A DNA stretch of 64,000 bases from an uncultured Gammaproteobacteria bacterium (GTDB taxonomy: Bacteria > Patescibacteriota > Patescibacteriia > Magasanikbacterales > UBA10003): NCBI GenBank assembly GCA_964365025.1, contig CAYIOJ010000001.1, positions 42,475 to 106,474 on the forward strand. Reading direction: 5' to 3'. Shown here one piece after another: positions 38,755-48,273 of this stretch (the first letter of the stretch is position 1; each line of letters opens with the position of its first letter). Position numbers and translations under genes: made by a program. The notes under the pieces are model-generated. The model was given only the letters and a program-made list of their open reading frames with translations, did no database searches and was not told where the DNA came from.

Positions 38755-39534
38755 TTATTCTTTCTTGGCCAAAACATAGATCATTTCTCGTCTTCTTGAA
38801 AAAGGAATAGAGAGCGTGCTGCAAAGTTGGGCGAAAAAATTTTTCCTTTGAAAAAATCGGCCGAGACTAAAAAAAACATTCCTGGTATTTTTCTGAAGAA
38901 CCGCAAAAAAAGACCATTCCAGTATTTTTACAACTTCATCTAATGTAAATTCCCGGCGATGACCTTTGAAATTTGAACCGCTCTCAAAAAAATCCTTAAC
39001 ATCCCAATTAGGGCTTCGGCCCAAAAGAAAAAAACGAAGACATCTTAATAAATTAGCTAGATTGGGAGTAGTTACCAAAAAAAATCCATCTTTTTTTAAA
39101 ACCCGCCGAACCTCCAAAAACAAATCCTTGGGCGAATCAGGCAGGTGTTCAATCGTCGCATCCGAGACAACCACATCAAAAGTCTCGTCTGGAAACGGCA
39201 ATGGCTCATTGACAATATCGCTTTTGATGATTTTAATTTTGCCCTCTTGCCAAATTGATTCCAATTTTTTAAAATCCGAAATCGTATAAAAATTTTGTTT
39301 TTCATCCTGAAAAATAAATTTATCAACACCAACCGCGTCTGCCTCAAGAATACCCAGTGCGCCAACCAAAATGCCAATGCCGCTTCCCACATCTAAAATC
39401 TTTTTGCCTTTTATGGCGCCAAGTGAAGAGAGCAAATTTAAAGAAATCAAAAATCTCTTAAAGTCAATCTTATATTGAAATGAAAGATGGCCAAATAATC
39501 GGTAAATTTTTTCCAGAGCTATTTTGGCATCCAT
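38755..39534 (-). CDS. Class I SAM-dependent methyltransferase
   Basis: [30 protein letters not shown]. Confidence 0.85.
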   Translation of the reverse strand: MDAKIALEKIYRLFGHLSFQYKIDFKRFLISLNLLSSLGAIKGKKILDVGSGIGILVGALGILEADAVGVDKFIFQDEKQNFYTISDFKKLESIWQEGKIKIIKSDIVNEPLPFPDETFDVVVSDATIEHLPDSPKDLFLEVRRVLKKDGFFLVTTPNLANLLRCLRFFLLGRSPNWDVKDFFESGSNFKGHRREFTLDEVVKILEWSFFAVLQKNTRNVFFSLGRFFQRKNFFAQLCSTLSIPFSRRREMIYVLAKKE

Positions 39535-39536
39535 AT

Positions 39537-40601
39537 TTATGGTGTCTTAAAATAATCTAAAATTTTGCCCACGACATTCTCTAAATTATGATTCTTCTTT
39601 ACAAATTCAATGCCTCTCTCGTTGTGGAGTATTATACCGGAATTATAAATTTTTTCAATTGTTTTAGCCAATTCTTGACAATCTCCTTCGGGAAAAGTAT
39701 AAACCAAGCCTTCTTTGGCCAAATCGACAAAAGCTTCGCTTGAAGTTATGACCATGCGACCCGAGGCCAAGGCTTCCAAAACCACCTTATCAACACTACC
39801 CGTGCGGCTAGTATGGATAAGAATATGATGGTTCAGATAAATGTTGGACATTTGTTCTGGTGGATACGAGTGAAAAGAAAATCCTGCCTCTGTTATTTCT
39901 CGTCCCATTTTAAGCAATTTGTCACGATATTGTTCGTCTCTCGGATCCGCAATATCTCCAGCAAAATGATATATTATGGTTTTAAGACCCACTATCTTTT
40001 TGCTTTGCAATTCTGCTACCGCTCGTATAACTGTTTCCCAATCCTTAGATGGAGTGACACGACCAACACTCAACAAAAATAGGGTGTCCCTGTGTTTTAA
40101 TACTTGGTGTTCATCAAGATTATTATAATTAAGTGAAGCTCTAGGAATTCCGTGTCCCGTTATTTCAACTTTCTTGCTCGACAGTCTAAAACTTTCTTTG
40201 GAGGCGGTAAAAATTTTATCCACTATTTTTTCGGCTAATTTCAACTGCCAACTGACGGCCTTATGTGTATACCAAAGGGCTATCTTTTTATGCCACAATT
40301 TCCACAATAAACCACCCAATAAAACATACTCTTTATTCATGTGCACAAAAACTCCGTCGTAATTATTTTTATATTTGAAAATATACTTATAAAAATTCCA
40401 AAGATATTTTATCCTGGACGCGTCCCTTTCTTTACCCAATGAAATAACCTTGACATTGGGCGGCAGACAATATTCGCCTTTCTGCAAACAAACAACAACA
40501 ACTGATTCGTAGTGTTTGGCAAATTCTTCAATCCAGCGATGAAAAAAACCCAAATTATTATCATTTATATCCACCTTCTGTGTTAATATTAGTAATCTCA
40601 T
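39537..40601 (-). CDS. GT4 glycosyltransferase
   Basis: MRLLILTQKVD, VGRVTPSK, TGSVDKVVLEALASG. Start reassigned to 40601 (ATGA overlap). Confidence 0.85.
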   Translation of the reverse strand: MRLLILTQKVDINDNNLGFFHRWIEEFAKHYESVVVVCLQKGEYCLPPNVKVISLGKERDASRIKYLWNFYKYIFKYKNNYDGVFVHMNKEYVLLGGLLWKLWHKKIALWYTHKAVSWQLKLAEKIVDKIFTASKESFRLSSKKVEITGHGIPRASLNYNNLDEHQVLKHRDTLFLLSVGRVTPSKDWETVIRAVAELQSKKIVGLKTIIYHFAGDIADPRDEQYRDKLLKMGREITEAGFSFHSYPPEQMSNIYLNHHILIHTSRTGSVDKVVLEALASGRMVITSSEAFVDLAKEGLVYTFPEGDCQELAKTIEKIYNSGIILHNERGIEFVKKNHNLENVVGKILDYFKTP

Positions 40602-41416
40602 ACAAGGGTTGCCTCCAATCCTTTGACAAATGGAGTTGCCACAACATTCAGCAATTTTTGCCAATCATCACTTTTATAAACTTCATCGCTTAACAAAGTT
40701 TTAATTTGCCACAATGTCAGTGGGAAGAACGGCAAAAAAGAAATTACCCGAATCAAACCGGAAAAAAATACAGGAGCATTGATTTTCCAAAATTTATAAC
40801 CAAAATTCTTTAAATAGTTTAAAATTGTCTCAAAACTAATAATTTCTAGCCCAGCCATATTTATAATCTGATTTGCTGACGAATCAATGCAGGCGCTGAT
40901 TGCCATGACCAAATCTTCAATAAAAATCGGCTGTAAACGAAAATTTAAAACCGGCATTATCAGTGCAATTCTGGCCAATTTAAGCAAAAACCAGACATTT
41001 TTATTGTCGCCCGGGCCATAAACCATGCTGGGGCGCAAAATGATATAAGGCAGGCCGGAACCCAAAATATTTTTTTCCGCCGCTCTTTTAGAATCAATAT
41101 AGGGGTCATTTAGTTTTGATAAAACCCTGATACTGGACAAAAAAATTAAACGCCGAACATCCAACCGCCGTCCCATTTCAATGATATTATTGGTCCCGTC
41201 AACATTAACTCTTTCAATAAATTTTTTATTTTTATGGCCAATGATAGCCGCCAAATGGATCAGGGCGTCTATTTTTTCATCACTACAAAAACTCTGTGTA
41301 TCTTCTTTTTTAGAAACATCGCCAGTAAATAAAACAACTTCATTCCCATTCTTTTTAAGTTGTTCGACAAGATACGAACCGATAAACCCTGTCCCGCCTG
41401 TAATTAAAATGGCCAT
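40598..41416 (-). CDS. NAD-dependent epimerase/atypical SDR
   Basis: ITGGTGFIG, HLAA, YIDSK, RPSMVYGPGD. Confidence 0.85.
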   Translation of the reverse strand: MAILITGGTGFIGSYLVEQLKKNGNEVVLFTGDVSKKEDTQSFCSDEKIDALIHLAAIIGHKNKKFIERVNVDGTNNIIEMGRRLDVRRLIFLSSIRVLSKLNDPYIDSKRAAEKNILGSGLPYIILRPSMVYGPGDNKNVWFLLKLARIALIMPVLNFRLQPIFIEDLVMAISACIDSSANQIINMAGLEIISFETILNYLKNFGYKFWKINAPVFFSGLIRVISFLPFFPLTLWQIKTLLSDEVYKSDDWQKLLNVVATPFVKGLEATLV

Positions 41417-42759
41417 AAAAAATTTTCAAAAAAATATTTGGGCATGTGCCTTGCTAGATAGGCAGGGCGGAAATAATAAGACACAAATGCCCATTCTTTT
41501 AGTCTTAACAACTCTTCTGTTTTTAAATTTTTGTGTTTAAAAATTGGGGTATATTCATCATATTCTTCCCAATTTCGATTAAAAATCATTTTTTCTTTTT
41601 CCAACTTTTCAAAAAATCTAGTGCCGGGATAAGGCGTGACTATTGCAAATTGAGCCACTAATGTATTCAATCTCTTGGCATATCTGATTGTCTCTAAAAT
41701 TGATTCTTTTGTGTCGCCTTCCAAACCGATTAAATAAAACGCCGCCACTGTTATTCCCAGTTTATGGCAATAAGCCACCATTTCATCCTGATAAGCCTCT
41801 ACAACCGGTAAACGTTGAGACTTTTTTAAAATCTCGGGATTAGACGATTCAATTCCCACATTGATATTTCTCAATCCCGCCCGATACATCAAATTCAGTA
41901 AATCCTTATCAACTTTGTCAAGTCTGGTTTCGCACGACCAAATTATTTTTAAATTTTCCAATATCAATCTTTCAGCGAATTCTCGCGTTCTTTGCTTGCT
42001 ACAAGTAAAAAGCGGGTCCCTAAAATCAATCGCCATAACGCCATAATTATTTTTCAACTCTTTTATTTCTTTTATTATGTTGTCTATCGTTCTTAAACGC
42101 AATCTGGCGCCGGCCAGGAGCGGATAAGCGCAATAATATGAGCAGGTATGCGGACAGCCGCGAGATGCCAACATTACCGTAACCGGTTTTTTGTTTAACG
42201 CCGGCGAATAAGAATATTTTTTTAAAGAAAACGAACTCCAATCCGGAAACGGTAAATAATCCAAATTTTCAACTTGGCCCGCCTCAAAAATTCCGCTGGG
42301 CAATTCCTTTTGATTAACAATTTTTATGGCCGCCGCTTCGGCCTCACCCCTTATCACAAAATCGGCGTCATTAATAAAAAAATCCGGCAAGGCCGAGGCG
42401 AAAGTTCCATAAACTCCCACCTTGAGGCCTCTGCTTTTTATAATCCTCGCCACTTCACATTCGTGAAAACAATCAACAATAGAAGACGGGACCAGCGCCA
42501 AATCTGCAGTAATTGTTTTAATTTCCAATCCACGCCCCACCTCTACGCGTTCAACTTCCCAGCCGGCTTGTTTGAAAATAGCGACGAGATAAGCCGATGT
42601 AATTTCCGGCAAAACAACGCTCTTCTTTTTAACATATTCAAAAATTCTAGCCCGCCAAGAATTACCGATCCATGTGCCCGTGCCCATACCGCCGGCCAAA
42701 TCTTTATTAATGCACTTCTTGCTATTCCGCGCTTGAATTTCAAATAATGCAACTTTCAT
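41404..42759 (-). CDS. Cobalamin-binding radical SAM protein with CxxxCxxxC cluster motif
   Basis: RGEAE, SRGCPHTCSYYC, CETRLD, GIES, TPYPGT. Confidence 0.85.
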   Translation of the reverse strand: MKVALFEIQARNSKKCINKDLAGGMGTGTWIGNSWRARIFEYVKKKSVVLPEITSAYLVAIFKQAGWEVERVEVGRGLEIKTITADLALVPSSIVDCFHECEVARIIKSRGLKVGVYGTFASALPDFFINDADFVIRGEAEAAAIKIVNQKELPSGIFEAGQVENLDYLPFPDWSSFSLKKYSYSPALNKKPVTVMLASRGCPHTCSYYCAYPLLAGARLRLRTIDNIIKEIKELKNNYGVMAIDFRDPLFTCSKQRTREFAERLILENLKIIWSCETRLDKVDKDLLNLMYRAGLRNINVGIESSNPEILKKSQRLPVVEAYQDEMVAYCHKLGITVAAFYLIGLEGDTKESILETIRYAKRLNTLVAQFAIVTPYPGTRFFEKLEKEKMIFNRNWEEYDEYTPIFKHKNLKTEELLRLKEWAFVSYYFRPAYLARHMPKYFFENFLWPF

Positions 42760-43736
42760 ATTTTCAACATTGCCTCAACAAACTTATCTTTATCACCCAC
42801 CGGCACAATCGTAACTTTCGAACCTGGTTTTAATTCATAATTGGCCACACCCACGTCGGTCATAATGACCGGCATGCCAACCGCGGCCGCTTCCATGGCC
42901 ACCAAACCATATCCTTCGCTCAGGCTGGGGAACAAAACACAATCAGCGGTTTTTAAATAACCATATGGATCCTCTGTCCAATTCTGTAATTTTATATTGT
43001 CATCTAAATTATTACTTATCACTTGACTCCTAATTTTTTGTTCTTCTTCACCCCGACCAACTATTAATAATAGATAATTTTTCTGTTTTATAACTTTTTT
43101 AAAAATTTCTATTAACCATGGAATATTTTTTACAGGGTCAAGCCTGCCTAAAATCAAAAATATCTTTGCATAGCCTGGATATTTACTGCGCAAATCTATT
43201 TCGAAAACAAGAGAAAGATGTCTAATCAGCTCCGGATCATTTTGTATTGATCTAACTATTATTTTACTCTCTGCAACACTCAGACTTAATAAACTTTGTT
43301 TTATTCTTTCTCCCGCCACTCTGATTTTATCCGCATGTCTCAAAATAAATTTAGCCATGCATAATTTAAACCATTGATTCTTATAATAACCGCCAAAAAA
43401 ATCACCGTGTACCTGCACTTCTAATTTAATTTTAAATTTACGCTTCAGACACCAACCAACCAAACCTGTAAAAAAGGGATCCTGTGTGGTAATTTCCTCA
43501 ATATTTTTTTCTTTAATTAACTTTTTCCCAATTTTCTTTAAACGACAAAATTGCTGTAATTTATTTCCCCCTGTTGATTGTATGTGAACAGTGGAACTTA
43601 AATCAAAGACCTCCCCTTCTCTGCTTGGAATAATAATAAATAATTCATCTTCTTTCCCATACTCAATCATGCGTCTAGTAACAATGGAATCTTTATTTAA
43701 AATATTTTCGTCCAGACTGATCATTAAAATCCTCAT
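42756..43736 (-). CDS. GT4 glycosyltransferase
   Basis: TQDPF, QVHGD, GRLDPVKN, PSLSEGYGLVAMEA. Confidence 0.9.
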   Translation of the reverse strand: MRILMISLDENILNKDSIVTRRMIEYGKEDELFIIIPSREGEVFDLSSTVHIQSTGGNKLQQFCRLKKIGKKLIKEKNIEEITTQDPFFTGLVGWCLKRKFKIKLEVQVHGDFFGGYYKNQWFKLCMAKFILRHADKIRVAGERIKQSLLSLSVAESKIIVRSIQNDPELIRHLSLVFEIDLRSKYPGYAKIFLILGRLDPVKNIPWLIEIFKKVIKQKNYLLLIVGRGEEEQKIRSQVISNNLDDNIKLQNWTEDPYGYLKTADCVLFPSLSEGYGLVAMEAAAVGMPVIMTDVGVANYELKPGSKVTIVPVGDKDKFVEAMLKI

Positions 43737-43739
43737 AAA

Positions 43740-45185
43740 CTACTTTGTTACAAACTTTTTTGCTAATTTAAACTCCACCGGCCACCAAAAAAATTTCAAC
43801 TTCCATCGCAATTTACAAATTAAAATAAATCCTAATTTCAAAATTCTACTGGCACTGACCGAGGAACCCAGCGCGCTCTTGACGCTATGCGCGCCAAAAC
43901 GCACATAGGCCTCCATTGATTCAACAAAATTTTTATCTTTTACCCAAGGAAAATTTTTCACCGCTAAATAGCTCAATTGATTTTGTGCCAGATGCGCCCA
44001 TTCATCTAACGTGCGCGGCGCTTGCCAACCAGCAACCAGACACTCTTCATACAAAGTGGAACCTGGATAAGGACGAAAAGCTTGCGGCCCAATAATTTGC
44101 ACTTTTTCGCTTAATTTAGCCAATTTATCAATTAAATCAAGGGTCATCATCATATCATTTTTTTCCTCTCCTGGCAAGCCAATCATAAATGAATATTGGG
44201 GAATTATATCATATCGCCAGCACATCTTAGCCGAATTGATAATTTGCTCCGGAGTGATGTGTTTTTTAATTTTTTCCAAAATTCGCAAACTGCCTGATTC
44301 TGCTCCAAAAGATAATAAATAACAACCCGACCGCCGCAACCGCTCCATTAATTCATCGTCAATCATTCCCGGCCGAATATAATCTGCCCTAACTGTTGTC
44401 TCCCACGGTATAATTAAATTTCGCTCAATCATGCCACTGACTATTTCACGCGCGCGATTAATGTCAACAAAAAAATTTTCATCCCAAAAACGCAACTTTT
44501 TATCTTTAAAATATGCCTTGCTCTTAATAATTTCCAAATCACACAAAACTTGTTCGGCCGTTCTCATTCTCCAACTATTTTTTAAAATGGCATTAATACA
44601 AAAAGTGCAAAAATGCGGACAGCCGCGCGAAGTTAACGATGGTATCAAACGCAAATTCCGCAAAATTTCAGGCGCCACCAAATCCCAATTAAACAAAGGC
44701 ATTTGGGCCGGATCATGCAATGCTCGCGGAGAATTAATAATAATTTGCCCGTCTTTTTTATAAGCAATGCCTTTGACATCTTGCCACTGCCGACCTTGAG
44801 CAATTTCCAACATGGTTATTTCCCCTTCCCCAAAACAAACCGCGTCTACCAAATCGTGCTTGGCTGTCTGATGAATAAAAAATGTTGGATGCGACCCGCC
44901 CCAAACAATTTTACAAAACGGCTTCAGCTGTCGGATTTGTTTAGCAATTTCAATTGCTTGTGGCAGCTGCATTGTCATCACGGACAATCCGGCGCACTCA
45001 CAATCAACAATTTCGCGTTGAAGCATCTCCAAATAATTTTTCTGCCTGACGCAATCAATCAATTTAACAGAAATGCCCTGACTGTCTAAAAAAGAAGCAA
45101 TACTTAGCAAGCCGACAGAAACAGAACTGTCATAATTTTCCTTGACGATATTAAATTGCGGATTGATAAGCAAAATTTTAGCCAT
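43740..45185 (-). CDS. Cobalamin-binding radical SAM protein (putative class B methyltransferase)
   Basis: GLSVMT, WGGSHPT, GEGE, SRGCPHFCTFC, GAESGS, MIGLPGE, PYPGS. Confidence 0.9.
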   Translation of the reverse strand: MAKILLINPQFNIVKENYDSSVSVGLLSIASFLDSQGISVKLIDCVRQKNYLEMLQREIVDCECAGLSVMTMQLPQAIEIAKQIRQLKPFCKIVWGGSHPTFFIHQTAKHDLVDAVCFGEGEITMLEIAQGRQWQDVKGIAYKKDGQIIINSPRALHDPAQMPLFNWDLVAPEILRNLRLIPSLTSRGCPHFCTFCINAILKNSWRMRTAEQVLCDLEIIKSKAYFKDKKLRFWDENFFVDINRAREIVSGMIERNLIIPWETTVRADYIRPGMIDDELMERLRRSGCYLLSFGAESGSLRILEKIKKHITPEQIINSAKMCWRYDIIPQYSFMIGLPGEEKNDMMMTLDLIDKLAKLSEKVQIIGPQAFRPYPGSTLYEECLVAGWQAPRTLDEWAHLAQNQLSYLAVKNFPWVKDKNFVESMEAYVRFGAHSVKSALGSSVSASRILKLGFILICKLRWKLKFFWWPVEFKLAKKFVTK

Positions 45186-46329
45186 GCTGATTAACTTCTT
45201 TTAAGAAATTGACTGTTTGTTCAATCACATCGCTCCACACGAATTTTCTTAAACCCTGACGACAAGCGTCTTGAAAAAGAATACTCTGCCAATAAGAATC
45301 AGACAAAATATTTTTAATAGCCGCCTTAATTTGTTCACGATTATTATATTCCACCAGCAAACCATTTTTTCCGTTTTCAATCACTTCCGGATTGCCGCCG
45401 CAATTACTTGCAATAATCGGCTTGCCCAAACTTAAAACTTCCAAAATCACGTGGGACAAACCTTCATACTGCGAATTAAGAATAAAAACATCGGCTGTTT
45501 GATAGTATTCAAAAATTTTATCCAGAGGCGCGCGGCCGATAAAAAACACTTCATGTTTCAGCTTATATCCGTCTCTTATGGCCTCCAGACGCCGTCTATC
45601 CGATCCGTCGCCGATAATCAATAATTTCAAAGACGGAAATTCCTGACGCAAGCCGCTTAACACATCTATAAGTCCGTCAAAACCTTTCCAAGGCGCTAAG
45701 CGGCCGGCAGTCACAATTAATTTATCATCATTGGCTATTCCTAATTTCTCTCGCGTTGCCATTTCATCAGCAATTCGCTCCGGTAAAAAATCAACCGCGT
45801 TGTAAATCACTTGAAGTTTTGCCAAATCAACACCGATACGCACCGCTAAATCCTTCATAAAATTACTTACCGCCACAACCTTATCCGCTCCGCGCAAGAT
45901 TTTTGTTCTTAAATTTTTCAGCAGAAAAATTTTGGGACCATAACTGCCATCTTGAAAAGATAAAATATCATCTTTAGTAATACCCGCGTTGGCGGCTATT
46001 TCCCAAGCGCTGTCGCCGGCAAAACGCACTGCTAATTTTTTATTTAAAAACACTTTGCCAACGAGCCAAGACAAAAAACCGGCTGTATAAAGATCAAAAG
46101 TATAAATAATATCGGCCTGACCGGCTAGATTAAATAAATTCCACAGAAACAAAAATTTATTTGATACTTTAACGACACGATAACTTCTAATCTTTCTATC
46201 ATTCTGACCAAAAGCCAAAACAGTGATTTCAATGCCCTGCGTTTGTAAATCTGCAGCCAACTGTTCAATTATTCTCGCCGGTCCGCCGATATCCGGCGGA
46301 AAAATCCCTGAAGTAATCAATACTTTCAT
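45178..46329 (-). CDS. GT4 glycosyltransferase
   Basis: GIFPPDIGGPA, GRLAPWKG, NSQYEGLSHVILE. Start reassigned to 46329. Confidence 0.9.
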   Translation of the reverse strand: MKVLITSGIFPPDIGGPARIIEQLAADLQTQGIEITVLAFGQNDRKIRSYRVVKVSNKFLFLWNLFNLAGQADIIYTFDLYTAGFLSWLVGKVFLNKKLAVRFAGDSAWEIAANAGITKDDILSFQDGSYGPKIFLLKNLRTKILRGADKVVAVSNFMKDLAVRIGVDLAKLQVIYNAVDFLPERIADEMATREKLGIANDDKLIVTAGRLAPWKGFDGLIDVLSGLRQEFPSLKLLIIGDGSDRRRLEAIRDGYKLKHEVFFIGRAPLDKIFEYYQTADVFILNSQYEGLSHVILEVLSLGKPIIASNCGGNPEVIENGKNGLLVEYNNREQIKAAIKNILSDSYWQSILFQDACRQGLRKFVWSDVIEQTVNFLKEVNQHG

Positions 46330-47174
46330 AATAAAATAATCAACACCATTACTAGCCACACTAACAAGGTGATTTGCAGAGGCCGATCGCGCCACAAATC
46401 ATCAGCTGGGCCGTCGTCGCTCGTACTTTTTTTATCAAAAATATACAAATAACGAAACAAACCATACAAAACCACTGGTACTGTCAGAATCAGCCATTGA
46501 CTCTGCCAAGTATTAAAAGTGTATAAAGTATAAGTAATTAAAATCGCGGGCAGTACCACCGTATTCATCTGATTGAGCATGCCCAAAGAGTAATCAACCA
46601 GCACGCCGCGGGCCATAGAACCGACTGAAACCAATTCGCTTTTTCTTTTGCCGATGGCTAAAAACAAAGTCAGAAAAAAAGTGCATAGAATTAACCAGGG
46701 AGAAAAAAACACTCCGATTACTATCGCGCCGGCAATAACTCGCAAAACAAAACCCAAAGCAATGCAAATGATATCAATCATAACCGCGCGCTTCAACCAA
46801 AAACTATAAATCAAATTAAGAACAACATAACCAGCTACTATCCAGAAAAAAATTAAACCCAGTTTCCAGCTTATCAATAAAGCCGCGGCTATCAATAAAA
46901 TTCCCCCAATGGCAGCGGTCAAACGAGAAATTTTTGCTGATGCAACAGGTCGATTTTTTTTTGATGGATGCTCTTGATCATTTTTAAAATCAACAACATC
47001 ATTAATCAGATAAACGCCGCTCGAAGCCAAGCAAAATAAAATAAAAGCGAACAAACTCAATCGTATGGCCGGCCAATCAGTAAATTTCTTGGCAAAAATC
47101 AACGCGGCAAAAATAAAAAAATTTTTAATCCAGTGGCGGGGGCGCAAAGAAATAAATAAGTATTTCAAAAACAT
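46326..47174 (-). CDS. Decaprenyl-phosphate phosphoribosyltransferase-like UbiA prenyltransferase
   Basis: RP.HWIKN, YLINDVVD...D..HP.K..RP.ASA, YS..LK...ID, GFVLR, KRKSEL, YTLY, FRY. Start reassigned to 47174. Confidence 0.85.
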   Translation of the reverse strand: MFLKYLFISLRPRHWIKNFFIFAALIFAKKFTDWPAIRLSLFAFILFCLASSGVYLINDVVDFKNDQEHPSKKNRPVASAKISRLTAAIGGILLIAAALLISWKLGLIFFWIVAGYVVLNLIYSFWLKRAVMIDIICIALGFVLRVIAGAIVIGVFFSPWLILCTFFLTLFLAIGKRKSELVSVGSMARGVLVDYSLGMLNQMNTVVLPAILITYTLYTFNTWQSQWLILTVPVVLYGLFRYLYIFDKKSTSDDGPADDLWRDRPLQITLLVWLVMVLIILL

Positions 47175-47182
47175 AGTTATTC

Positions 47183-47252
47183 GTGGCGCGCAAATATCTT
47201 TTTTTTGCTGCGGACTGTCGCCGCGACTGCAAAAAAGAAATTTGCGCGCCAC
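47183..47252. repeat. 70-bp intergenic inverted repeat (long hairpin)
   Basis: Perfect 13-bp outer arms GTGGCGCGCAAAT/ATTTGCGCGCCAC, then TCTTTTTT..GC/GCAAAAAAGA and inner GCGG/CCGC. Confidence 0.85.
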
Positions 47253-47257
47253 TTTAC

Positions 47258-48211
47258 TCAGCTTATTTTGTAATTTGAAGTACTAAAATAATTAATCGTT
47301 TCCGGCAAGCCATCTTCTAATTTCACTTTGGGCGACCAGTTCAATATCTTTTTAGCCAAACTGATATCCGGCTTTCTTTGGCGAGGATCATCTTCCGGCA
47401 GTTTTTCATAAACAATTTTTGATTTTGAATTAGTCAGTTTAATAATTTTTCCCGCCAACTCCTTAATTGTAAATTCATTGGGATTGCCTAAATTCACCGG
47501 GCCAATAAAATTTACCGGACTAGCCATTAATTTAATTAACCCATCAATCATATCTGACACATAACAAAAACTGCGCGTCTGGTTGCCTCGGCCATAAATT
47601 GTCAACGACCGACCGAACAACGCCTGCACAATAAAATTGCTCACCACTCGGCCGTCATCGCGCGCCATTTTCGGCCCGTAAGTGTTAAAAATACGCGCCA
47701 CTTTTATCTCCAACCCCCACTGGCGATGATAATCAAACATTAAGGTTTCGGCCACGCGTTTGCCTTCATCATAACAAGCGCGCGGGCCAATCGAGTTGAC
47801 ATTGCCGCGATAAGATTCTTTTTGCGGATGCTCCAAAGGATCGCCGTAAACTTCGGAAGTGGAGGCCTGCAAAATCCTAGCTCGATGCTTTTTAGCGCAA
47901 CCCAATACATTGATCATGCCAATGGTATTGGCTTTGATGGTGCGAATGGCATTCATTTGATAATGAATCGGCGAAGCCGGACAAGCTAAATTATAAATTT
48001 GATCAATTTTTTCTTTAATAAAAAAAGGCTCAATGATATCGTGCTGGATAAATTTGAAATTCGCATTTTTTAAAAGATGTTGGATATTTTTTTTAGAACC
48101 GGTAAATAGATTATCCAAACAAATCATTTTGTGTCCCCGCTCTAAAAGCCGCTCACAAAGATGAGAACCGATAAATCCGGCTCCGCCTGTCACTATAATC
48201 ATTTTTTGCAT
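47258..48211 (-). CDS. uxs: UDP-glucuronate decarboxylase (UDP-xylose synthase)
   Basis: [60 protein letters not shown]. Confidence 0.9.
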   Translation of the reverse strand: MQKMIIVTGGAGFIGSHLCERLLERGHKMICLDNLFTGSKKNIQHLLKNANFKFIQHDIIEPFFIKEKIDQIYNLACPASPIHYQMNAIRTIKANTIGMINVLGCAKKHRARILQASTSEVYGDPLEHPQKESYRGNVNSIGPRACYDEGKRVAETLMFDYHRQWGLEIKVARIFNTYGPKMARDDGRVVSNFIVQALFGRSLTIYGRGNQTRSFCYVSDMIDGLIKLMASPVNFIGPVNLGNPNEFTIKELAGKIIKLTNSKSKIVYEKLPEDDPRQRKPDISLAKKILNWSPKVKLEDGLPETINYFSTSNYKIS

Positions 48212-48216
48212 ATTTC

Positions 48217-48266
48217 TTGCTTAAAAAAGCTTTTTTTAGTATACTCAATTTAGCTCAAAAAGTCAA
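48217..48266. promoter_or_regulatory. Two overlapping divergent sigma70 promoters sharing a palindromic -10 (AGTATACT)
   Basis: Plus: TTGCTT(48217)-17-TATACT(48240). Minus: TTGACT(48266)-17-TATACT(48243). Confidence 0.7.
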
Positions 48267-48273
48267 ACGCGAT

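Noticed and set aside
46330-47252. N-terminal extensions in the ORF track (also at 13585, 38777, 40664, 48217 and 58591)
   Set aside because: The extensions overlap neighbouring genes, hairpins or promoters; downstream ATGs match the family N-termini
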